A DNA stretch of 34,084 nucleotides from Octopus bimaculoides (taxonomy: Eukaryota). The position numbers and the translations under genes are program-made. Position 1 is the stretch's first letter. Every line of letters starts with the position of its first letter. The notes beneath the pieces are model-generated. The model did not search any database and was not told where the DNA came from. It was given only the letters and a program-made list of their open reading frames with translations. This document shows, piece after piece, positions 1-11,639 of this stretch. The DNA is taken from the NCBI RefSeq assembly GCF_001194135.2, contig NC_069004.1, positions 23,553,599-23,587,682 on the forward strand, written 5' to 3'.

Positions 1-59
<59 letters not shown>
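1..59. repeat. (TA)n microsatellite
   Basis: Pure TA dinucleotide run; one of many in the window. Confidence 0.98.
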
Positions 60-71
<12 letters not shown>

Positions 72-223
72 ATACTTATACACATGTATGCATATGTAGA
101 AATGTAAGCCTATGTAAACATGTGCACAGATAATTGTATGTACATGTGTATATGCAGATGCTTATGTACATATATTTCATACTCATACATGTGCATTGAT
201 ATCTTCCATTCTATGTATATATA

Positions 224-535
224 TCTTTTATCCTTTACCTGTTTCAGTCATTGGACTGCAGCCATGCTGGGGCACCTTATTGAAGGATTTTTAGTTGAAT
301 GAATTAACTCCAGTACTTGTTTTTTTTTTTTTAAAGCCTGATACTTACTCTATCATCTCTTTTGCCAAACTGTTAAGTTATGGAGATGTAAACAAACCAA
401 CACCAGTTGTCAAGCAGTGATAGGGAACACACGCAGACACAAAGACATACACATAGACAATATATATATATATATATATATATTGTTGTACTTGGGGATG
501 GGGGATGGTCATATTGCAAAACAAANNNNNNNNNN

Positions 536-579
<44 letters not shown>

Positions 580-731
580 GCTTCTTGCAGTTTTTGTCTA
601 TCAGATCCATTTACAAGGGTTTGGTCAGCCTGAGGTTATAGAAGACACTTGCTCAAGGTGGCATGAGTGCGACTGAACCCAGAGCTGTATGGTTAGAAAG
701 CAAGCCCCATATCACAGAGCCATGCCTTGCC
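224..731 (-). mobile_element. tRNA-derived SINE family A (CORE-like), diverged copy with internal (TA)n
   Basis: Reverse complement matches the head, middle and tail of the copies at 9119-9584 and 16762-17160. Confidence 0.85.
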
Positions 732-764
732 TATATGTGTGTTTGTTTGTTTGTGTGTGTGTGT

Positions 765-1087
765 GTGGCTGAGTTCCTTTCGAGTGTTGGGCTTCATGGA
801 GGCAATGACCAAGACCTTTGGCATTATGTTGAAGAAGACCCATCAAGCTGAGCAAAATTGCAATCATGACAGATACCAGTGTCATGCAAATGGCACCCAT
901 GCCAGTGGCATGTAAAAACACCCATTACACTCTCAGAGTGGTTGGCATTGGGAAAGGCATCCAACTGTAGAAGACCATGTCAAATCAGACTGGATCCTGG
1001 TGCAGCCTTCCTGTGTGCCAGCCCAGTCAAACTGTCCAACCCATGCCAGCATGGACAACAGACATTAAATGACGACAATGATGATAA

Positions 1088-1088
<1 letters not shown>
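765..1088 (+). mobile_element. RTE-type LINE 3' end / 3' UTR with (GAT)n tail
   Basis: Contains gagtggttggcattgggaaaggcatcc...cccatgccagcatgga...aaatgacgacaatgatgat, shared with 13740-14070, 4745-5010 and 11640-11785. Confidence 0.7.
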
Positions 1089-1118
<30 letters not shown>

Positions 1119-1368
1119 CATACATACATACATACATACATACATACTATCGACGTATATTAGAAATATTAGAAATATTTCTAATTACCCTTCAATATTA
1201 TTAATTATTGATAATTTTTTGTGGATAATATTTGAGTTTTAAATGCTGGCATTTTTTATTTACTGCCGACAAGGAGCTGCGCTTGCGCGTTAGATTTGAA
1301 AAATTAGAATGTATAAGCATGGGGCATATACTGGATTGCCTCGTGTATATATGTTTAATCTGAGTGTA

Positions 1369-1438
1369 CCTCCTGAAGAAGACTTCGCCTGGCAAATTAT
1401 CTTATTTGCTAAAAAAAAGTCTGAAACCATGGTCCAGG
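1369..1438 (+). ncRNA. Minimal type I hammerhead ribozyme motif (PLE-type)
   Basis: Core CTGAAGA at 1373-1379. Stem II AGACTT/AAGTCT plus TGGCAAAT/ATTTGCTA. GAA at 1423-1425, palindromic stem III ACCATGGT, GUC triplet ending at 1434. Stem I is only cct/agg with a C-C mismatch next to the core. Confidence 0.6.
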
Positions 1439-1644
1439 AGATTATTTTTCATTCCCTTTGAAATTTATCCCTAATAGTGGTTTGGATTTAGCTGTTCTTT
1501 CTAGCGTGCAAGGAATCCTATGATGGATACCTCTTATGTGTTTAAATGTACACTGTATTTATTTATATATATATATAAGGCAGGATATGAACACATGTAC
1601 ACACATATATTCCTACAAACAGGCAAACTCTGTCTGTTTGTTTG

Positions 1645-1677
<33 letters not shown>

Positions 1678-2109
1678 TCATTATGCTTAACCATTTGCAA
1701 CACAAGCTTCAAAGAAACTGATTTAAGTATTTGTAAGTCACACCTGATCTCCCACCAATTAGATAAACACACATAAGCTGGATAGATTTCATTCTCACCA
1801 GGAAACGGGATAGGCATAGTTTTGAGAGTGCTAAAATCCGTCCCAGGTCAAGAATGCAACACCTAGCATTGGTTAGTTGTTAGCGACTTCAGGGTAAGAA
1901 CTAGACAGACTCAGAGCTGAAAGGATAATCTGAAGAAGGAGGATATGGAACCGAAAAGAGCCCTTGGCTGGGCATAGGTTTAGAGGAATTATAATCGATG
2001 CCAATGACAGTCGGGAGCAGAGGACAGAGATGTATATCGTAAAGGAGAGCTGAGAGTTCTTTCTTATTGCCATCATCACCACTGTCATCATCCTTATAAC
2101 CACCATCAT

Positions 2110-2350
2110 TATTATCATCATCATCATCGTTTAAAGTCTACTTTTCCATGCTTGCCTGGGTCAGATGGATTTTGTTCAGGTGGAATTTTCTATAATCGGA
2201 TGCCCTTCCTGTTGCCAACTCTCACCTGTTTCAAGGTAAGACAATATTTCCTCATAACCAGACATGTTTTTCATGGAAGACTGGAAATGAACAACCTCAC
2301 ATGTATGACAGTGATGCTTGTTTACAACCATCACTGATGTCCAAATAAGG
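2110..2350 (-). mobile_element. Interspersed repeat family G (RTE-like 3' tail, distinct middle)
   Basis: Related copies at ~4320-4525(+), ~5420-5620(+), ~8905-9060(-) and ~17870-17970(-). They share variants of a ggggaaatattaccttacttggaaacaggtgag...gaagggcatcc motif. Confidence 0.6.
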
Positions 2351-2475
2351 ACACGCACACACACACTCCTATGTTTACTGAACAGTCTTTCAGTTTGTAT
2401 TTACCAAATCTACTCACAAGGCTTTGGATAACTCAGCTCCAGTCAAACTGTCTAACCCAAACCAGCATGGAAGAT

Positions 2476-2805
2476 GGGGAGGTAGTCGATAGCTTCCGCT
2501 ATCTGGGCGACCAAGTTAGTAGTGGGGGTGGGTGCGCTGAAAGTGTAGCTGCTAGAATAAGAATAGCCTGGGCAAAGTTTAGAGAGCTCTTACCCCTGCT
2601 GGCGACAAAGGGACTCTCACTCAGAGTAAAAGGCAGACTGTATGACGCATGCATACGAACAACCATGCTACATGGCAGTGAAACATGGGCTGTAACTGCT
2701 GAGGACATACGTAAGCTCGCAAGGAATGAAGCCAGCATGCTCCGTTGGATGTGTAATGTCAATGTGAATACCCGTCAGAGTGTAAGTATCTTGAGAGAAA
2801 AGCTG
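2476..2805 (+). mobile_element. RTE-clade LINE ORF fragment (post-RT C-terminal region), runs into an assembly gap
   Basis: Open frame VDSFRYLGDQVSSGGGCAESVAARIRIAWAKFRELLPLLATKGLSLRVKGRLYDACIRTTMLHGSETW...MLRWMC, the RTE YLG...RI..AW..F...K.RLY...LHGSETW signature. Confidence 0.9.
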
Positions 2806-3373
2806 NNNNNNNNNNNNNNNNNNNNNNNNNNNNNNNNNNNNNNNNNNNNNNNNNNNNNNNNNNNNNNNNNNNNNNNNNNNNNNNNNNNNNNNNNNNNNNN
2901 NNNNNNNNNNNNNNNNNNNNNNNNNNNNNNNNNNNNNNNNNNNNNNNNNNNNNNNNNNNNNNNNNNNNNNNNNNNNNNNNNNNNNNNNNNNNNNNNNNNN
3001 NNNNNNNNNNNNNNNNNNNNNNNNNNNNNNNNNNNNNNNNNNNNNNNNNNNNNNNNNNNNNNNNNNNNNNNNNNNNNNNNNNNNNNNNNNNNNNNNNNNN
3101 NNNNNNNNNNNNNNNNNNNNNNNNNNNNNNNNNNNNNNNNNNNNNNNNNNNNNNNNNNNNNNNNNNNNNNNNNNNNNNNNNNNNNNNNNNNNNNNNNNNN
3201 NNNNNNNNNNNNNNNNNNNNNNNNNNNNNNNNNNNNNNNNNNNNNNNNNNNNNNNNNNNNNNNNNNNNNNNNNNNNNNNNNNNNNNNNNNNNNNNNNNNN
3301 NNNNNNNNNNNNNNNNNNNNNNNNNNNNNNNNNNNNNNNNNNNNNNNNNNNNNNNNNNNNNNNNNNNNNNNNN
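2806..3373. other. Assembly gap
   Basis: Run of N. Confidence 1.
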
Positions 3374-3408
<35 letters not shown>

Positions 3409-3450
3409 GTGTGTTTTGGGTGGTTGGGTGTATATGTGTGTATGTGTTTA

Positions 3451-4296
3451 CAGGGTGGTATCCAAAAGTTCTCAGACTAGTTCTGTAGCACGCCAATAGA
3501 TGGCAGCACCCTGTTGCATGTGCAGTGGGAGCTAGCAGTGACCTTCATGAGGCAGTGTGCTAAGTGACATTGCTGTGTTTACTTCGCAAGTTGTGAAATT
3601 TGTGTTTTTGTGATCATGCCTATGCAGTAGTCTGCAATTTCTGTTGTTAGAGTAAGTTGGAGCAAAGAGAAATTTTGTATTAAACTTGAGAAATCTTCTA
3701 CAGTGACATTGAGCATTCTTCAGCAAACTGATGGTGATGAAGCAATGGGTCATATACTATGTTTGAAGTGGTATGGGTGCTTCAAAAGTAGAAGAACATC
3801 TCTGGAAGATGATGAGTGATTTGGAATACCTTCTACGAGTGTCACCCCTAGAAATGTGGAGAAAATTCATCAGCTTGTGCATGAGGATTGTTGGAGGACA
3901 ATCAACGATGTTTTGAAGCATTTGAGGGAGAACATTGAAGAAAAGTGACTGGATCTGGGGAGCACGAAGAATTGGATTCTTTACAATGACAATATACCCT
4001 GTCACCAAGCTCCCCGCACTCATGCATTTCTTGCCAAAAACAACATAGGATTGCTTTTACACCTTCCCTGTTTGCCAGATTTAGCACCTGCAGACTTCCA
4101 TCTTTTCCCAAAGATGAAAATGCAGCTCAATGGTTGCTGTCTTAACACTGTTGTCAAGATCAAAAGTGAATCACAGAAGTTCCTTGACTCGTTTACAGAA
4201 AACGATTTCCAGGTTGGATTCCAAAAATGGGTAGGAATGCTGGGACTGGTGTATTGCTGTATAACTAGTCTAGGAACTTTTTGATACTCCCCTTTG
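3451..4296 (+). mobile_element. Mariner transposon, internally deleted and decayed, both TIRs present
   Basis: 5' TIR cagggtggtatccaaaagttctcagactag (3451-3480, after TA); 3' TIR ctagtctaggaactttttgatactcccc (from 4265). Transposase remnants KFCIKLEKSS...GDEAM...SLEDDE*FGIPSTSVT and NWILYNDNIPCH...LPDLAPADFHLFPKMK...FQKW. Confidence 0.9.
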
Positions 4297-4544
4297 CATA
4301 CCTATGTGCACCTTTGCTTGAGTTTCACCTGGTAGTTGTAAATGAGCATCATCATAAATATTACAAATGAAGGTATTCATTTCCAGTCTTCCATGATAAA
4401 CCTGTCTGGCTTTGGGGAAATATCTCTTTACTTGGAAAAAGGTGAGGATTGGGGACTGGAAAGGGCATCTGGCTTTAAAAAATCTGCCTCAACAAATTCC
4501 GACTGAGACACATGCAAACATGGAGAAGTAGATATTTATTTCTT

Positions 4545-4695
4545 TATTACCTACAGGGGGCTAAACATAGAAGGGGGCAAACAAGGACAGACAAAGGGAT
4601 TAAGTCTATTACATCGACCCCAGTGCATAACTGGTATTTATTTAATCGACCCTGAAAAGATGAAAGGCAAAGTTGACCTTGGCAGAATTTGAATG
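4545..4695 (-). mobile_element. SINE family D, partial
   Basis: Reverse complement matches the aggtcgactttgcctttcatcc...gtcgat domain of 23698-23815 and 26721-26935. Confidence 0.7.
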
Positions 4696-4744
4696 GAGAA
4701 GTAGATATTGAAATGATGAGGATGAAGAGGATTAACATACATGT

Positions 4745-5010
4745 CATCATCATCATCATCATTTCACATCCATTTTCCATTCTGGCATGGGTGAGATGGT
4801 CTGACTGGAACTGGTAAGCCAGAGAGCTGAACCAGGTTCCAGTCTGTTTTGGCGTGGTTTCTATGGCTGGATGCCCTTCCTAATGCCATCCACTCCACAG
4901 AGTGTACTGGCTGCCTTTAACATGTCACCAGAACCGGTGCCTTTTATGTGTCACTAGCACATGTGCCTTTAACGTGTCACTGGCATGGGTGCCTCTTATG
5001 TGCCATCAGC
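4745..5010 (-). mobile_element. RTE-type LINE 3' tail
   Basis: (CAT)n followed by catccattttccattctggcatggg...ggatgcccttcctaatgcc, the reverse of the RTE tail motif. Confidence 0.7.
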
Positions 5011-5342
5011 ACTATAATATACATTAAAAACATGCACTCCTATAGCCCACCCATATATTTATGCAAGCATAATCATGTACACACATACATACCTGCATGT
5101 GTATACATAGATGCGTGTACTGATATTTATATGAATGCACATTACAGGGGCAAAGTCCAAGTGGACAGCATTGTACAGAATTTTAGGTGTTGTCCGACTG
5201 AGACTCTGACTTTACTGTCTCAGTTCTTGAAATTTGTTACTTTGAACATGATGGAAAACCTGATGTCAAAACTACATCAGAATCAAAACCAGCCCACAGC
5301 CATCTTTGTTTTCTTTCAAACAAATACACACACATGCACACA

Positions 5343-5420
<78 letters not shown>

Positions 5421-6165
5421 TTAGTTACTGTGTCCCTTGCCTAGATATTGTGTGATAGTTGTAAACGAGTGCCACCATCATGCAAGCAGTGTCTTTAATT
5501 TCTAATCTTCCATGAAAACCTGTATGGTCAGTTAGAGGTATTACCTTACTTGAAAGGGTATCCAGCTGTAGAAAATCTACTTCAACAAATTCTGTCCCTC
5601 TCATCCAAGCATGGAAAAGAGAACCTTATATATTTTAGATGACATATATGTAAATGTATTAAGTAGTGAGGTTCTCAAAAGTCTTCACAATTAACTCAGT
5701 AGCTCCCAGCCTGTATTTGGCTTTCAGGATATTCAGTCAGGGTACCCGCAGTTTTTTTTTTCTATCTCTCAACCAAGCAATAGAACCAGCAATGCAATAT
5801 GAACTAGTCAAATGATATATACATCGATATATATAAGACACAGATGCATATCTAAAAGTAGGATAAGGTACTTATGCCATTTTGATAATAAATACTTAGA
5901 GAATCTCTTCAGATTACAGTAAAAAACAGTTGAAATTTAGTTCAGGAAATTTTCTGAGTATGTCAAATTCCATGATATATAAAAATTTTCAAATATATAT
6001 AATTTTACTCAAATAGTTGAAAAGAAAATACTGCATGGTTGGATTGTAAATACAAAATACAAATAAGACAAGGTCTGTTCTCACTTGTGTGAACATGTGA
6101 GTGAGATGTAGCCATATCTTTGTTTAGAGCCAACAAAATAACTCAGCTAATTAAAATAACTTAAG

Positions 6166-6460
6166 CACAAATGTGGCTGTGTCGTTAAGAAACTTGCTTC
6201 CCAACCACATGGTTCCGGATTCAATCCCACTGTGTGGCACTTTGGGCAGATGTTTCCTACCACAGCCTTGGGCTAACCAAAGCCTTGTGAGTGGATTTTG
6301 TAGGGCAGGCAGAAGCAGAAAGAAGCCTGTCATATATGTATGTGTGTGTGTGTGTGTGTGTGCGTGTGTGTGTGTGTCTTTGTGTTTGTCCCCTCTTGCC
6401 AACTAATGACACTGCTTGACAACCAATGTTGATGCATTTACATCCCTGTAACTTAGCTGC
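6166..6460 (+). mobile_element. SINE family A, 5' two-thirds
   Basis: Head gtggctgtgtcgttaag...ggattcaatccc, CORE-like gcactttgggcag, internal (TG)n. Confidence 0.85.
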
Positions 6461-6957
6461 TGTTTCTAGAAGGTGAAGAGACAGTGTAGAAGTCATTTTG
6501 TTATTTTATTGATGGAGACGATGATGATAGTGATGGTAATATTGTTGTTCTCATTGACGACGATGGGGTTTGTGATGGCAGTGGTGGTGGTGGTGGTAGT
6601 GTTGATTGATGACAGTGGTGATGATGGTAATACTGCTGCTACTGCTGCTGCTGCTAGTATTGGTGATGATGACAAAGTGAGCAGGCTTGGATAGAATTGA
6701 AAATGATAGTAATAAAGGACAATTGATAATAATGTGGGTCCACTTTGGCCATACGTGCTTACATCCATTCTAAACATGATGTTAATAGTAACCATAACAT
6801 GAAAGGCTCTCACGCTCTCTCCCCTCACCTCCCCCTCTGTTTCATATTCTGCTTCTCTTTACTTCCCCCCCTCCTATCTTTTGATCCAATCCTTTCTTAA
6901 CATAACTCTGTATATTGTATATAAATGTGTGTGTGTATATGTATATCTGCATTCATG

Positions 6958-7048
<91 letters not shown>

Positions 7049-7125
7049 TGTATACATATATATATGTGTGTGTGTGTGATGTATATATATACACACACAT
7101 ATATATATATATATATATACACACG

Positions 7126-7880
7126 CAGGGTGTGGTGAATAAATTGTCTAAATTATATATTATTTTAACAGATATATTTAACAAAATTACATAAAAATAT
7201 CTTGAAATACTAAAGAGTAAATTTAATCAATAAAATTGCCATTGGCTTCAACCACAGCCTCCAGACGACTTCAGAATCTCCTGCAACTCTTCTGGATGGT
7301 CTCCTTGTTTGAGTTAGTGAATGCTGCCATAATCCTTGCCTTCAGTTCATCTTTGGTCTTACAAGGAATTTTGTTGATCTCTCACTCAACTATGCCCCAC
7401 ACATAATAACCAAGGGCTTGCAGTGGGGGGAGTTAGGTGGCCAGATGTTAGGGGTGATGTGGTCGCAGAAATTGCCTGACAGCCATAACTGAGTTCTCCT
7501 GCTTGTGTGGCATGGTGCAGAGTCCTGTTGCCAGACATAGGGACTTCAGGCAGCCACCCTTGACCCAGGGCAGCACTACCTCCTCTGGGCACTTGACGTA
7601 GGCCTCCATGTTGAGTCTGAGGCCGTGAGGGAAGATGAATGAAGACATAGTGTCGCTATCACTCCAAACACCTTCATAATCACCATTAGACTTATCCAAA
7701 TTTTTCTGAATCCTCTGCATTCTCCTCAGATTGACACCCAAACACTCTGAAATGTTTGTACTGGAGCCTCCAGTGTGAATGCCAAGCAGTACAGCGTGTC
7801 GTTTCCAAATTTCTGGCAGAGTGAATTGCCTCATGGTGCTGTTTTTCTCACAGATGGTGCCCAACTTACCCTACTATAGT
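7126..7880 (-). mobile_element. Tc1/mariner DD37D (maT-like) transposon, internally deleted pseudogene
   Basis: Minus-strand WQQDSAPCHTSRRTQLWLSGNFCDHITPNIWPPNSPHCKPL[D]YYVWG...[14 protein letters not shown] has 37 residues between the aspartates (last D restored across a 1-nt deletion). The N-terminal HTH-like segment is fused directly to GVWSDSD...FIFPHGLRLN. TIR-like end cagggtgtggtgaataaattg at 7126. Confidence 0.85.
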
Positions 7881-7911
7881 CAACAAAATCAAAAACAAAC
7901 AATGTGCATGC

Positions 7912-7990
7912 GCTAAGTTACGGGGACGTAAACACGCCACCATCGGTTGTCAAGTGATGTTGAGGGGACAAACACAGACACAAACATACG
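7912..7990 (-). mobile_element. SINE family A middle fragment, runs into a gap
   Basis: gctaagttacggggacgtaaacac...ggttgtcaag matches family A. Confidence 0.8.
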
Positions 7991-8016
7991 TATATATATA
8001 TATATATATATATATA

Positions 8017-8543
8017 NNNNNNNNNNNNNNNNNNNNNNNNNNNNNNNNNNNNNNNNNNNNNNNNNNNNNNNNNNNNNNNNNNNNNNNNNNNNNNNNNNNN
8101 NNNNNNNNNNNNNNNNNNNNNNNNNNNNNNNNNNNNNNNNNNNNNNNNNNNNNNNNNNNNNNNNNNNNNNNNNNNNNNNNNNNNNNNNNNNNNNNNNNNN
8201 NNNNNNNNNNNNNNNNNNNNNNNNNNNNNNNNNNNNNNNNNNNNNNNNNNNNNNNNNNNNNNNNNNNNNNNNNNNNNNNNNNNNNNNNNNNNNNNNNNNN
8301 NNNNNNNNNNNNNNNNNNNNNNNNNNNNNNNNNNNNNNNNNNNNNNNNNNNNNNNNNNNNNNNNNNNNNNNNNNNNNNNNNNNNNNNNNNNNNNNNNNNN
8401 NNNNNNNNNNNNNNNNNNNNNNNNNNNNNNNNNNNNNNNNNNNNNNNNNNNNNNNNNNNNNNNNNNNNNNNNNNNNNNNNNNNNNNNNNNNNNNNNNNNN
8501 NNNNNNNNNNNNNNNNNNNNNNNNNNNNNNNNNNNNNNNNNNN
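8017..8543. other. Assembly gap
   Basis: Run of N flanked by (TA)n. Confidence 1.
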
Positions 8544-8579
<36 letters not shown>

Positions 8580-9118
8580 CATATATATATCTGTATATAT
8601 ATATCTGTATTTATATACTTGTATGTGTGTGTGGGTATATACACGCACCCGCATATATATTATGAAATTTATTTGAAGATGGAACTTTATAAATCATTAC
8701 TTGAAACTTTGTGAAGTTGAAATTCTGTGAAGTATCAACTTCAAATAAATTACAAAACATGGGACTTAGAATACCAAATACAATATTTTTTTTTCTTGTT
8801 TGCGCACACATCTATCCAATTATACATATGCATACTAACACATACATATGCTTGTATACATGCTAATATTTATATATTATGTGTCTATATCATCATCATC
8901 ATCATCATCATAATGTCTATATTTTTTTCCCATGCTTGCTTGTGTTGGATGGAGTTTATTGAGGCAGATTTTCTATGGCATGGTCCTCTTCCTGTCTTCA
9001 ACCCTTCCTTGTTTCCAAGCAACGTAATATTTCCCCATGGTCAAACATGTTCCCACAGAATATTGGTTATGGCTGATAGTGAATGTATGAATGTATATAT
9101 ATGTATATATACATTCAT

Positions 9119-9279
9119 ACGCAGGAGTGGCTGTGTGGTAAGTAGCTTGCTTACCAACCGCAAGGTTCTGGGTTCATTCCCACTATGTGGCACTTTGGGC
9201 AAGTGTCTTCTATTATAGCCTCGGGCTGACCAAAGCCTTGTGAGTGGATTTGGTAGACGGAAACTGAAAGAAGCCCGTC

Positions 9280-9359
<80 letters not shown>

Positions 9360-9584
9360 GTGTGTGTGTGTGTTTGTGTGTCTGTTTTTGTTCCCCTAAC
9401 ATCGCTTGACAACCGATGGTGGTGTGTTTATGTCCTCGTAACTTAGTGGTTCGGCAAAAAGAGACCGATAGAATAAGTACTAGGCTTCCAAAGAATAAGT
9501 CCTGGTGTCGATTTGCTTAACTAAAGGCGGTGCTCCAGCATGGCCGCAGTCAAATGACTGAAACAAGTAAAAGAGTAAAGAGTA
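9119..9584 (+). mobile_element. SINE family A, full length
   Basis: A-box-like TGGCTGTGTGG, B-box-like GGTTCATTCCC, CORE-like cactttgggcaagtgtctt, internal (TA)n(TG)n, tail aaggcggtgctccagcatggccgcagtcaaatgactgaaacaagtaaaagagtaaagagta. Confidence 0.93.
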
Positions 9585-9982
9585 ATATATATGAAGTAAA
9601 AGCAGCTCTAGTATAATAAATATTATTAACCCATATACTTAATGCATATGCTTTGTGTAGTTTCTGGAGTATATAAACTCTGAAATTGCCAGCTGTTAAA
9701 AAAAAAGGGATTGAAGGTGAGTTATCTTTTCTGTCCATGACTGTGGGGTGTCTTTTTAGCACCTGGCAATTTGAGAGTTTATATTACTCTGCCACGCTAT
9801 TGCAGCCACTGGGAAATATACAAAGCATATACATTAAGATATATATATATATGTTTCTTTTTGTGTTATAATTAAAACAATTCTCCATTCATCTGATTGA
9901 TTACTCTATACTTTTGTAGCTTACAGATTTATTTTAAAAAAGAGTGTTGTTGACAGTGACTTTGAAGTCAGATAAGCCATAT

Positions 9983-10410
9983 AATGGTTGTGTGGTAAGA
10001 AGTTTGCTTCTTAAGCACATGATTCCAGGTTCAGCCCTGCTGTATAGCATGGCACCATGGGTAAGTGTCTTTTCCTATAGCCTTGGCCAACCAAAGCCTT
10101 TTGAGTGAATTTGATAGATGGAAACTGAAAGGAGTCTGTCGTATATACATACACATACACCTATACACACATACATGCACACACATCTGTGTATTTGTGT
10201 CTGTGTTTATCCTCCACCACTGCTTGTCAACTGGGGTTGGTTTGTTTATATCCACGTAATGTAGCAGTTCAGTAAAAGAGACTGATAAAATAAGTACTAG
10301 GCTTAAAGAAAATAAGTAATTCTATTGTTTCCTTTGACTAAAAATTCTTCAAGGCAGTGCCCCAGCATGGCCGCAGTCTAATGACTGAAACAAGTAAAAG
10401 TTAAATGAAA
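9983..10410 (+). mobile_element. SINE family A, full length, older
   Basis: Collinear with 9119-9584 but more diverged. Confidence 0.88.
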
Positions 10411-10484
10411 GATAATATAAATGCATGCTCATTAATTTGTGTTAATCTCATTAGAAGCAATAAATGACAGAAGTCAATATATAA

Positions 10485-10992
10485 CTCTCTTTTACTCTTA
10501 CTCTTTTACTTGTTTCAGTCATTTGACTGCGGCCATGCTGGAGCACCGCCTTTAGTCGAGCAAATTGACCCCAGGATATATTCTTTGGATGCCTAGTACT
10601 TATTCTACCGGTCTCTTTTGCTGAACCGCTAAGTCACGGGGACATAAACACACCAACATCGGTTGTCAAGCGACGTTGGAGGGACAAACACAGACACACA
10701 AACATATACACGCACACACACACACAAACATATACACGCACACACACACACATACATATATATATGTATATGTATATAAATATATCTATATATATATCTA
10801 TATATATATATACATATATACATACATAGGACGGGCTTCTTTCAGTTTCCGTCTACCAAATCCACTCACAAGGCCTTGGTCAGCTCGAGGCTATAGTAGA
10901 AGACACTTGTCCAAGGTGCCATGCAGTGGGACTGAACCCGGAACCATGTGGTTGGTAAGCAAGCTACTTACCACACATCCACTCCTGCACCT
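10485..10992 (-). mobile_element. SINE family A, full length
   Basis: Reverse complement is collinear with 9119-9584. Confidence 0.93.
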
Positions 10993-11285
10993 GCAAACTG
11001 TAGATTTTGATTTAATAAATTAGAACAGAAATGCTCCTGATTTCCAGTGCAGTGAGTTTTGCATATCTGATCTTTCAGCTGGTCATCTGAGTCTGTTTTC
11101 TTTGGAATCATCTGCTGTTCAAGTATACTTTGAAATACTGCATGAAAGTTATCAAGAAATTGCTTATATTTAGTCAGTTTTTTTTTTCTTTTCTGGTATC
11201 TGATGCTGACGAAGTGCTAACCATTCCAAAATGCATGCAGCCATCAGTTTGGTTAAAGGGCACTTTAGAATTGTGATACCTTTAA

Positions 11286-11506
11286 CCCTTTAGTGTTCAC
11301 ATTATTCTGCCGTAATTAATGCTTTTTTATCCACATTGTTTTGAATTAATCATGCATTATCTTGTAGCTATGAGCTATTGATGAGGTAGCTGTTAATTTT
11401 TAAAATGATATTGTAGGGTTGGTGTGAGAGACCAGATCTGGCCAGTTTGAATATAGAATAGGCAGAATACTTTTGGCCAGATATGGCCGGTTTAAATGCT
11501 AAAGGG
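11286..11506 (+). mobile_element. piggyBac-type MITE (family E)
   Basis: TTAA-CCCTTTAG...CTAAAGGG-TTAA termini; ~220 bp with no ORF. Further copies at ~16688-17316, ~17420-17828 and ~25868-25990. Confidence 0.8.
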
Positions 11507-11583
11507 TTAAAGCCAGGAACTTTTCAGCACTCCCTCACATATGTATATGTATGTGTGTGTATGTATATGTGTGTGTGTATATG

Positions 11584-11638
<55 letters not shown>

Positions 11639-11639
11639 T

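Noticed and set aside
1802-1846. Possible 45-nt exon (ttctcaccAG|...cccag|GTcaag, KRDRHSFESAKIRP)
   Set aside because: Weak donor and unrecognised peptide; such signals arise by chance.
1929-1975. CTGAAGAAGG...CCGAAAAGAGCCCTT hammerhead-like string
   Set aside because: Stem II is only ~2 bp, position 17 would be G, and there is no stem I.
8665-8745. TTGAAGATG...TGAAAC and a GAAGTTGA/TCAACTTC hairpin
   Set aside because: Too degenerate in AT-rich DNA; could be chance.
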